Of a stretch of 33,627 nucleotides of DNA, positions 17,593 to 24,943 are shown in pieces. Source of the DNA: Candidatus Pacearchaeota archaeon (GTDB taxonomy: Archaea > Nanobdellota > Nanobdellia > Pacearchaeales > GW2011-AR1); contig JADHVH010000002.1 in the NCBI GenBank assembly GCA_016784085.1, positions 1-33,627 on the forward strand. The letters are read 5' to 3'. The position numbers and the translations under genes are program-made. The notes under the pieces were generated by a model. The model worked only from the letters and a program-made list of their open reading frames with translations, did no database searches and was not told the DNA's origin. Numbering within the stretch: position 1 is the first letter of the stretch; the number at the start of each line of letters is the position of its first letter.

Positions 17593-17606
17593 TGAAACTA
17601 GTTTCA
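17593..17606. promoter_or_regulatory. perfect 14-bp palindrome TGAAACTAGTTTCA, candidate operator 9 bp upstream of the TATA box (17573-17583)
   Basis: It is part of the 20-bp box CTTTGGTGAAACTAGTTTCA (17587-17606), which recurs with one mismatch at 20921-20940. Confidence 0.6.
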
Positions 17607-17660
17607 TAATGATTTATAAAAAATATGTTTGATTTTCACGTCGGTATTTTTAGAATTAAA

Positions 17661-19616
17661 TTAAATTCTTTTTCTTCTTAAGAGATTAGCATTGGCAATA
17701 ACTGTTATACTTGATAGGGCCATAGCAACTTCTGCAATCACCGGGTGTAAAACGCCTCCAACTGCAAGGGGAATTGCAACCACATTATAAGCAAATGCCC
17801 AGAATAAATTCTGTTTGATTTTTCCAAATGTTGCTTTACTCAATTCTATTGCTTGACAAACCCCTATTAAAGATCCTTTAGTAAGAACAATGTCTCCAGC
17901 CTCAATTGCAATATCTGTTCCAGTACCCATAGCAATTCCCACATTAGATTGTTTTAAAGCAGGGGCATCGTTTATACCATCTCCAACAAAAGCAACATAC
18001 GAATTACTTTTAGATTGAAGCCTCATTACAGCTTCTGATTTATCTCCAGGTAAAACATTTGCAATAACTTTCTTTATTCCAACTTCTTTAGCAATTGCTT
18101 GAGCAGTTTTTTCATTATCTCCTGTAATCATTACTGTAAAATAACCTTTCCTATGTAAATATTTCAATGCTGCAATAGAGTCTTCCTTAACAGAGTCTGC
18201 TACTGCAATTAAACCTAAAACCTTTTTATCTTTTTTAGAAGTCAAAATCATTACTGTTTTTCCTTGGCTTTCTAAGTGATCAATTTTCTTCACAAAATTC
18301 TTTAAACTAATTTTATTCTCTTTCATGAGTCTTTTATTTCCAATGATATATTTCTTACCCTGTATTGTTCCTTCAAGACCTCTTCCTAAAAGAGTTTTGA
18401 AATTTTTAACTAAACTATATTTTTTTAATTTTGAAAAATCAACTATTGCTTTTGAAAGAGGATGACTAGATAACTTTTCAAGACTTCCAGCAATTTTTAG
18501 AAATTTTTCTTTTTTAATACTTTTAGACAATTCAATATTGGTTACCTCTGGCTTACCTTTAGTTATAGTTCCTGTTTTATCAAAAGCTATAATTTTAATT
18601 TCTTTCATAGTTTGAATTGCTTCACCCTTTCTAATCAATATACCTCTTTTTGCACCCATTCCAGAACCAACAGTTAAGGCAATAGGTGTTGCTAAGCCCA
18701 AAGCACAAGGACAAGAAATTACTAAGACTGCTATAGATGCGCCAAAAGCATTATTCACATCTCCAAAAATCATCCATCCTATGAATGTTAGAATAGATAG
18801 GATTAATACTGAAGGAACAAATATATTTGTTATTTTATCTGCAAATTTTTGTATTGGAACCTTACTTCCCTGTGCATCTTCAACCAAATCAATTATATGT
18901 GCTAAAAAAGTATCTGAACCTATTTTTGTTGCTTTAACATAAAGAATTCCTTCTTGATTTATTGTAGCCCCTATAACATTATTTCCTTTTACCTTATCTA
19001 TAGGTAAGCTTTCTCCAGTAATCATAGATTCATCAACAGAACTTTGACCTTTAGTAACAATTCCATCTGTTGGAATTTTTTCACCAGGTTTAATAATCAT
19101 AATATCTCCAATTTTAACTTCTGAAATTGGGATTTCTACTTCCTTGCCATTTCTTATAACTGTAGCATTTTTCGCACCTAATTCTAATAGTTTTTTTATT
19201 TCTTGGCCAGCTCTCCCTCTTGCTTTAGATTCAATATATTTTCCAGTGATAAATATTGCCATTATCATTGCTGAAACTCCAGAATAATTTTCAAAACCAA
19301 AAATTAAACTAGCTATTCCTGTAAGATATGCTACAACTGTTCCAAGGGCAATTAAAGAATCCATATTAAAATAGAAGCTCAAGAAACCTCTAAATCCAGA
19401 TTTTAAAGTAGAAAATCCTACAATGAATATCACTGGAAAGGCAAAAATTAAAGTTAAAATTATAGTAATTTTTTCTTCAAATAACATTACTCCAAAAATC
19501 ATTGGAAGATACATTAATAAAATAAGGGGAATTGAAATTATCCAGCTCCAAAATAGTTTTCTCTTCCAACTATTAATTTCTTTTTCTTCTAAACTTTCTT
19601 CATTTTTGTGATCCAT
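17661..19616 (-). CDS. copA: P1B-1 type Cu(I)-exporting ATPase CopA (no fused N-terminal metal-binding domain)
   Basis: Contains [11 protein letters not shown] (CPC), [19 protein letters not shown], and the AFAYNVV (YN) and MALSSITV (MxxSS) copper-selectivity motifs. Confidence 0.95.
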   Translation of the reverse strand: MDHKNEESLEEKEINSWKRKLFWSWIISIPLILLMYLPMIFGVMLFEEKITIILTLIFAFPVIFIVGFSTLKSGFRGFLSFYFNMDSLIALGTVVAYLTGIASLIFGFENYSGVSAMIMAIFITGKYIESKARGRAGQEIKKLLELGAKNATVIRNGKEVEIPISEVKIGDIMIIKPGEKIPTDGIVTKGQSSVDESMITGESLPIDKVKGNNVIGATINQEGILYVKATKIGSDTFLAHIIDLVEDAQGSKVPIQKFADKITNIFVPSVLILSILTFIGWMIFGDVNNAFGASIAVLVISCPCALGLATPIALTVGSGMGAKRGILIRKGEAIQTMKEIKIIAFDKTGTITKGKPEVTNIELSKSIKKEKFLKIAGSLEKLSSHPLSKAIVDFSKLKKYSLVKNFKTLLGRGLEGTIQGKKYIIGNKRLMKENKISLKNFVKKIDHLESQGKTVMILTSKKDKKVLGLIAVADSVKEDSIAALKYLHRKGYFTVMITGDNEKTAQAIAKEVGIKKVIANVLPGDKSEAVMRLQSKSNSYVAFVGDGINDAPALKQSNVGIAMGTGTDIAIEAGDIVLTKGSLIGVCQAIELSKATFGKIKQNLFWAFAYNVVAIPLAVGGVLHPVIAEVAMALSSITVIANANLLRRKRI

Positions 19617-19619
19617 TTT

Positions 19620-19832
19620 TTATTCAATTGAAGCTACTTTATATCCTGCTCTAGAAACAGCTTTCTTCAAATCATCTTGAGAAATATTTTCCTCTGCTTG
19701 AACAATTGCCTTATTTGTCATCATACTAACTCCTACAGATTCAACACCTTCAAGTTTATTCAAACTCTTCTCTATATTTAAAGCGCAAGAGGCACAATGC
19801 ATTCCTTCAATTTTTATTTTTATTTTTTTCAT
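19620..19832 (-). CDS. copZ: copper chaperone CopZ (HMA domain)
   Basis: MKKIKIKIEGMHCASCALNIEKSL carries the MxCxxC motif. Its ATG at 19832-19830 overlaps the upstream TGA (ATGA). Confidence 0.85.
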   Translation of the reverse strand: MKKIKIKIEGMHCASCALNIEKSLNKLEGVESVGVSMMTNKAIVQAEENISQDDLKKAVSRAGYKVASIE

Positions 19833-20203
19833 TTTACAATTAATGTTCCAACTCCCATTCCCATTGAACATGAAAACCTATAGGTTCCTTTTTTATTAGG
19901 AGTAAATTCAACATAATCATCAACATCTTTAAAATTTTTATATACTCCAAAATCTTTAATCACTAAAGATCTATAACATCCTCTTACTGTTTCATCTAAG
20001 TAGATTCTAACAGGTTGATTAACATTCACTTTTATAGTGTTTGGATTATAATTATAATTCTTCATACCAATAGTAATTTCTTGAACCCCTCCTGAACCTA
20101 AATTTCCAATAACATTCCCCATAATGGGAGAATCTTTTATTAAAAATAATCCAAATCCAACCACCAATAAAAACAGCACAAATAAAGCAATTTTATTTCC
20201 CAT
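19829..20203 (-). CDS. membrane-anchored cupredoxin-like domain protein (Cupredoxin_1 type often found next to copA)
   Basis: N-terminal anchor MGNKIALFVLFLLVVGFGLFLI, then YNPNTIKVNVNQPVRIYLDETVRGC ... GTYRFSCSMGMGVGTLIV. Confidence 0.7.
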   Translation of the reverse strand: MGNKIALFVLFLLVVGFGLFLIKDSPIMGNVIGNLGSGGVQEITIGMKNYNYNPNTIKVNVNQPVRIYLDETVRGCYRSLVIKDFGVYKNFKDVDDYVEFTPNKKGTYRFSCSMGMGVGTLIVK

Positions 20204-20204
20204 T

Positions 20205-20888
20205 TTACCCAAATAAAATACTCCTTGGCCCAAAGACCATAAACATAATTGTTATTAAGGTTAAAATTAAGCTTGCTAGTATAATTGGAAAATAATCTTC
20301 TTTAATTTCTCTTTCCCTTTCATACATTTCAAGATATACCATATAGTTAAGTGCAGCCATTATTGCTAAGGAAACTAAAAAGACTACTATTCCTGCTGCC
20401 CTAAGATGGTCATTTATCATCATAACTGCAGTCATAGCCCCCATTAATCCACCCATGAATCCAGACATCATTCCTTCCATTATTCCCATTATTCCGCAGC
20501 ATCTTCCGTTTTGAACTCCTAAAATAATCCCCACACTCATTCCAAATATACTTCCCCAAAACATCCCATTTGTAGCTGCAACATAATATCCTGCTAGAAA
20601 TCCTGAAATCATCCCAATAGTCATTCCAACCATCATTCCAGACATGCATGCAAATGTTTGATAAGCTTTAACCTGTCTTAGAGAAGGTAGAACAATAGCA
20701 TAACTTAAAATTGCAAAGAATATAAAAAACCCATATTTTGGAATAAAATTTTCAAAGTCTTTTAATCCTAAAAAATATAATACTATAAAAACAATAAATG
20801 AGGTAACTAAGGAATAGGTTACTGTTTTTATTATTTCACCTTCAACTCTAGAACCAGAGAGTTCTTTCACAAATTTTTTTGCAGACAT
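20205..20888 (-). CDS. polytopic Met/Gly-rich membrane protein, function unknown
   Basis: TM helices are loaded with Met: ACMSGMMVGMTIGMISGF and RCCGIMGIMEGMMSGFMGGLMGAMTAVMM. It is the first gene after the operator/TATA at 20911-20940. Confidence 0.6.
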   Translation of the reverse strand: MSAKKFVKELSGSRVEGEIIKTVTYSLVTSFIVFIVLYFLGLKDFENFIPKYGFFIFFAILSYAIVLPSLRQVKAYQTFACMSGMMVGMTIGMISGFLAGYYVAATNGMFWGSIFGMSVGIILGVQNGRCCGIMGIMEGMMSGFMGGLMGAMTAVMMINDHLRAAGIVVFLVSLAIMAALNYMVYLEMYEREREIKEDYFPIILASLILTLITIMFMVFGPRSILFG

Positions 20889-20926
20889 GTAAGTCTTATA
20901 ATAATTTTTTTATATAACCGCTTTGG

Positions 20927-20940
20927 TGTAACTAGTTTCA
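20927..20940. promoter_or_regulatory. near-palindrome TGTAACTAGTTTCA, second copy of the candidate operator, 9 bp upstream of the TATATAA box (20911-20917)
   Basis: CTTTGGTGTAACTAGTTTCA (20921-20940) matches 17587-17606 at 19 of 20 positions. It overlaps the stop codon of the TVP38/DedA gene. Confidence 0.6.
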
Positions 20941-21576
20941 ATGTTTTTTATTAAACATATTATCTAATAAATGGCCCAAAATAATTAAAAATAAACCTAC
21001 AACTCCAATAATTAAAAAGAATGCAAGTTGGTATCTAAAATCTGCATATCCAAAATAAGAGGCCATAAATGCTTTTGGAATTATTCCTAAAAGACTAGCA
21101 TAAAAATATGGTTTAAATTTAACATTACTTAAGATTCCTAAAGCATAGCTTATTAAATCAACAGGAAAAATTATTCTTAATAAGAAGATACTCCAAAATT
21201 GATTTTCTTTAGGGATTTTATTTTCAAGTTTGTAAATATCTTTTAAAGGAATTATTTTTTTAACTAATGCAACTCCCCATTTTCTAGAGATAAAAAATAC
21301 TAATACAGATCCCAATGTCCAGGAGAAAACATTAATAATACTTGCATAAAAAGGACCCATCATTTGAGAAACAACTGGGATTAGAGGCATTGAACTAATT
21401 GGGGCAAAGACCATTGCTATTTGTCCAATAAGAATATATGCTAAAATTCCCCAATAACCATTTCCCAAGAATTTTTTAAAAAAATCTAAATTAGATTGAA
21501 CAATATAGGATATAGTTAAAAATATAACAATTATTATTAAAAGTTCAAGAAAATATTTTGTTTTTTCTGATTTCAT
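20938..21576 (-). CDS. TVP38/TMEM64 (DedA/SNARE-associated, VTT-domain) membrane protein
   Basis: Contains FAPISSMPLIPVVSQMMGPFYASIINVFSWTLGSVLVFFISRKWG, and the topology is typical of the family. Confidence 0.75.
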   Translation of the reverse strand: MKSEKTKYFLELLIIIVIFLTISYIVQSNLDFFKKFLGNGYWGILAYILIGQIAMVFAPISSMPLIPVVSQMMGPFYASIINVFSWTLGSVLVFFISRKWGVALVKKIIPLKDIYKLENKIPKENQFWSIFLLRIIFPVDLISYALGILSNVKFKPYFYASLLGIIPKAFMASYFGYADFRYQLAFFLIIGVVGLFLIILGHLLDNMFNKKH

Positions 21577-22058
21577 CTTCTTAAAACAACAATATTATTC
21601 ATTCCACGTCTTTTACGTTCTACAATTTGTTTAGCTTCAAGTTTATCAAGAAGTCGAGTAGTTTTAACCTTACCAATTTCAAGCTTTTCCATTAAAGTTT
21701 TTTGAAATATAGCTCCATTTTCTTTTTCAAGAAAGTTAACAACTCTTTTTTCATCTCTATCAAGTTTAGATTTATCAATTTTTTTTCTTTTTGCTTTAAT
21801 AGTTTTAGTTTTAACCACAATTTTTTCTTTAGGTTTTGTAAAGATCAAAACAATTGCAATAAGAACTAATAATCCAACAATAGCTAAAGCAAGATATGTT
21901 TGTTGATTTACTGTTTGACTCATTGGACAACTTAACGCATGTTCACCTGTACAACTTAATGAAACAACTTGTCTAAGTGCTTTTTGAAATAATAAAACAA
22001 TTGCGATTAATACTGCTGAAATTCCAAGCATGATATATCCTACATATTTATTTTCCAT
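21573..22058 (-). CDS. membrane-tethered winged-helix transcriptional regulator
   Basis: Two TM helices flank the loop SLSCTGEHALSCPMSQ. A basic linker follows, then a C-terminal wHTH (RVVNFLEKENGAIFQKTLMEKLEIGKVKTTRLLDKLEAKQIVERKRRG). Both neighbours overlap it. Confidence 0.65.
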   Translation of the reverse strand: MENKYVGYIMLGISAVLIAIVLLFQKALRQVVSLSCTGEHALSCPMSQTVNQQTYLALAIVGLLVLIAIVLIFTKPKEKIVVKTKTIKAKRKKIDKSKLDRDEKRVVNFLEKENGAIFQKTLMEKLEIGKVKTTRLLDKLEAKQIVERKRRGMNNIVVLRR

Positions 22059-22569
22059 TTTCTAAATTAAGATCTATTTTACATACAGTTGGCCTTGTTA
22101 ATAAAACTATTGCTGTAATTAAAAAAGCTGCAGAAATAAATTGCAATTCCAGACCATAAAGAGGTAGGCTACTTAGAGTTGCAGATATCCCAAATATCCC
22201 TATAAAAGCAGGAAAAAAACCTGCAAAGCAACCAGGACAAGCCCCCCCTAAAATTCCCCCAAAAACTCCTAAAATACCCAAGCCTTCTTCCCCTTTAGAA
22301 TTTATAGATTTCCAATCTTGGAATTTTATTGCAGTAAGGTTAATAGTTAATGCAATTAAAAACGGAATTAATAAAAAATTAAAAAATACAAAGGGAATCA
22401 AAAACCAAGCCTTAAATGAAGTAAATAAAGTTGGTAAAGTTGTCTTAAAATCATTTAAGAAAAAATTCAATAAAAGATATGCTAAAAAAATAATAATAAA
22501 AGAAAAAATATAGGGCTTTGTCAAAATAGATTTTTTTATAGCAAACTTCCTATTTTGATTTAGCCACAT
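22048..22569 (-). CDS. polytopic membrane protein with intramembrane CPGC motif
   Basis: About four TM helices. Contains GGILGGACPGCFAGFFPAFIGIFG. It starts 15 nt after the DsbA-like gene. Confidence 0.55.
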   Translation of the reverse strand: MWLNQNRKFAIKKSILTKPYIFSFIIIFLAYLLLNFFLNDFKTTLPTLFTSFKAWFLIPFVFFNFLLIPFLIALTINLTAIKFQDWKSINSKGEEGLGILGVFGGILGGACPGCFAGFFPAFIGIFGISATLSSLPLYGLELQFISAAFLITAIVLLTRPTVCKIDLNLENGK

Positions 22570-22583
22570 TTTAAAATAAAAAA

Positions 22584-23282
22584 TTAAACACCTGAAGTGA
22601 ATAAAGCATCATGCATACCCCAATAATCTCCTTGTTCTCCAGCACATCTAGCAGCTTCTGCAGCTTTTTGAGCTTTAGCATGGAAATTTAATGGAAAATC
22701 TTTGAACACCATTTTTACTTTTCCAGTATCAACATATTCAGATAATAGTTGTGGATAAGTTTGAGCAAAGTGTCTTCCACAATATGGGCATTCATAGTCT
22801 GAGAATTCAACAATTGTAACTGGAGCATTTGAATCTCCTTTTACAGGAGAATCTCCAATTTCAACATCAATTCTAGCCTCATTAGTTGCAGTTCCAGATA
22901 ATTCTTCTTCAATAATTTGTTGAAATACTGAGAAAGGTTGAGCACCAGATAAGATTCTTCCATTAATAAAAAAACCAGGTGTTCCTGAAATCCCTATACT
23001 TGAACCATATTGAAGATCTGCGGAAACATTTGAACTATATTTTCCAGAATTAACACATTCTTCAAAATCTTTTGTGTCTAATCCTAAATCATCAGCATAT
23101 TGAACATATTTTGTAACTCCTTCTAATTGAGTACCGCTATTATCATTTACAACTTGTCCACTTGGCCTTATAGCTATTACAAGAACAATTACAAACAGAG
23201 CTGCAAATAAAAAAGTCCCTGCCTTCCAAAGAGTATCTTTTTTGATACTTATTGTTTTTTCTTCTTTTTTATGTTCAGTCAT
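22584..23282 (-). CDS. membrane-anchored DsbA-family thiol:disulfide oxidoreductase (domain order appears circularly permuted)
   Basis: APVTIVEFSDYECPYCGRHF (CPYC) ... CAGEQGDYWGMHDALF lies at the C-terminus. The normally C-terminal LGLDTKDFEECVNSGKY ... GISGTPGFFINGRILSGAQP lies near the N-terminus. A GGAGG box sits upstream at 23291-23295. Confidence 0.8.
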   Translation of the reverse strand: MTEHKKEEKTISIKKDTLWKAGTFLFAALFVIVLVIAIRPSGQVVNDNSGTQLEGVTKYVQYADDLGLDTKDFEECVNSGKYSSNVSADLQYGSSIGISGTPGFFINGRILSGAQPFSVFQQIIEEELSGTATNEARIDVEIGDSPVKGDSNAPVTIVEFSDYECPYCGRHFAQTYPQLLSEYVDTGKVKMVFKDFPLNFHAKAQKAAEAARCAGEQGDYWGMHDALFTSGV

Positions 23283-23393
23283 TTTTTACCTCCTTTAATT
23301 TAATTTGAATATTTTTTGAATTAATTAGAATAAGGGTTGAATTTATTAGTAAAATTCCCTATAAAAAGATTTCTATAGTTTAATTAGGCCGAT

Positions 23394-23768
23394 TTACTTA
23401 AGAGTTTTATCTCTAACCAAAAGAAGATTATGTGTTAGATCTTTTTTTCCAGAAGGAATTTCTTGAACATCTTTTACTTGGGAATATTCCGGCATCGTTG
23501 TTTTAAATCTGGGAAAATATATTTCTCCTGAGTCAATCCAGAATGCAACCCTTTTATCACCGCTTGCAGTAGTATTTTTTTGGCCATGACAAACTCTTTC
23601 AAATTGACTATCCAACATTTCAGCAGCTTCTGTTTCTGTAGGAAACCTCCATTGTTCTCTTGCTAAAAAAGACCCTACATTAATAATGTCTCCTGCAGTT
23701 TTAAAATCATATGCTCCCGGAATTAAAAGAAATGCTTTATTCTCAGTATAAAATCTTAAGTTAGCCAT
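23394..23768 (-). CDS. hypothetical protein, weak DUF1566 (Lcl C-terminal)-like pattern
   Basis: EQWRFPTETEAAEML ... RVAFWIDSGEIYF ... LLLVRD resembles the WRLPT..EL / aW.v..G / vRcVR pattern of DUF1566. This is from memory only. Confidence 0.4.
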   Translation of the reverse strand: MANLRFYTENKAFLLIPGAYDFKTAGDIINVGSFLAREQWRFPTETEAAEMLDSQFERVCHGQKNTTASGDKRVAFWIDSGEIYFPRFKTTMPEYSQVKDVQEIPSGKKDLTHNLLLVRDKTLK

Positions 23769-23837
23769 AAAAAATTAATCAATCAAACCTTTTTAAGAAT
23801 TATTGCATTTCAAAATAGCATCATAAAAAACCAGTTT

Positions 23838-24296
23838 TTAATCCACTACCTCTATTAATTCAGATTTAGAGATTTTTTCCAATCTTCCCTTAGTTTCTGC
23901 TAGTTTAGATTGAGTATCTGAGAAAATTTTTATATTACTCCAGGCATCTTCTTCTTCATTTTCAAGACCTTGAGTCACATTTGAATAACGCAAGTTAACA
24001 AAAGAACCAAATAAATAAACTATATCTTCATCTGAGCCATATTTTGCTTTTCCATAACCCCCTTGAGAGGTGGATCTTTCAGTAAGCAAGTGAACTATAT
24101 TATTTGAAGAGTTTTCTAAAACATCATAACCTCTACTAACCCCATGATAAGTTCCCTTTACCAAACAGTTAATTTTTTGGGTTGAAGCAAGGCTCCATTT
24201 ATAATTAAATAATTTCAAGGCGGGAGAACCCTTTAAAGAGTACTTTTTCATGAGAAAAGGATTATCTATTTTTTGAATTTGTTTTTGATTTTCCAT
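23838..24296 (-). CDS. hypothetical protein (152 aa)
   Basis: ORF in a tight co-directional array, 5 nt after the upstream gene. I recognise no motif. Confidence 0.45.
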   Translation of the reverse strand: MENQKQIQKIDNPFLMKKYSLKGSPALKLFNYKWSLASTQKINCLVKGTYHGVSRGYDVLENSSNNIVHLLTERSTSQGGYGKAKYGSDEDIVYLFGSFVNLRYSNVTQGLENEEEDAWSNIKIFSDTQSKLAETKGRLEKISKSELIEVVD

Positions 24297-24301
24297 TTTA
24301 A

Positions 24302-24580
24302 TTACGCTCTTTTTCCTGCCTTTCGATAAAGGTTTAAATCATCTCTTGGAACATAAATAAACATTGTTCCCTGATAATCAATATTTTTTAGAATATTTTG
24401 CATAGAATTGTTTCTTTCCTCATAGAATTTCCCTTTTGGTTTTGTAGCCAATACAATTCCTTCTGTTTCTGCAAAAGCTATCCAATGATCTAATAATCCT
24501 TCTAGTTTCCCCATATTAAGCATTTCCTGAAATACCCTATAATGGGGTGATTTTTGCATTTGCCATTCTGTTTTTGTCAT
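24302..24580 (-). CDS. hypothetical protein (92 aa)
   Basis: ORF starting 1 nt after the upstream stop. I recognise no motif. Confidence 0.45.
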   Translation of the reverse strand: MTKTEWQMQKSPHYRVFQEMLNMGKLEGLLDHWIAFAETEGIVLATKPKGKFYEERNNSMQNILKNIDYQGTMFIYVPRDDLNLYRKAGKRA

Positions 24581-24581
24581 T

Positions 24582-24881
24582 TTAATTGTCCACCATTTCT
24601 CCTTTACTATTATAGTGTGTTGTTGCTATTGGTTTTTGATTTCCATCAATCCAAACTAAATCTGTAACCCAATAATATGCATTGTCAAATCCACCACCAC
24701 CAATATTTACCTCTGTAAAATCAGGTTCTTTAATTCCCAAATGGTTTAATTTTAGTTTATAGTAGGGGGCTCTTTCCTTTTTTCTATCCCTTGAAATTAA
24801 ATTTTCTGCTAAACCTACAACTTTTTCAAGTTGGGAAGTTGTTATTTTCTTCAAGTTTATATTTATTCTATGATCTCTCAT
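24582..24881 (-). CDS. hypothetical protein (99 aa)
   Basis: First ORF of the four-gene array, divergent from the TrmB gene. I recognise no motif. Confidence 0.45.
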   Translation of the reverse strand: MRDHRININLKKITTSQLEKVVGLAENLISRDRKKERAPYYKLKLNHLGIKEPDFTEVNIGGGGFDNAYYWVTDLVWIDGNQKPIATTHYNSKGEMVDN

Positions 24882-24902
24882 AAAACCAACACAATAGAAA
24901 CC

Positions 24903-24913
24903 CTTATAAATAA
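24903..24913 (+). promoter_or_regulatory. TATA box (CTTATAAATAA) of the TrmB-family gene
   Basis: Identical 11-mer to the sod TATA box, ending 30 nt before the ATG. An inverted repeat TACCA-N4-TGGTA (24919-24932) lies between the box and the ATG. Confidence 0.45.
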
Positions 24914-24943
24914 TGCCTTACCACTTATGGTAGTACAATTAAC

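Noticed and set aside
19423-19611. 62-aa plus-strand ORF inside copA
   Set aside because: It is antisense to an unambiguous P-type ATPase gene.
20410-20649. 79-aa same-strand alternative frame inside the Met-rich membrane protein gene
   Set aside because: It is out of frame with a longer ORF that has coherent TM helices. Its Trp/Asp/Asn-rich translation looks non-biological.
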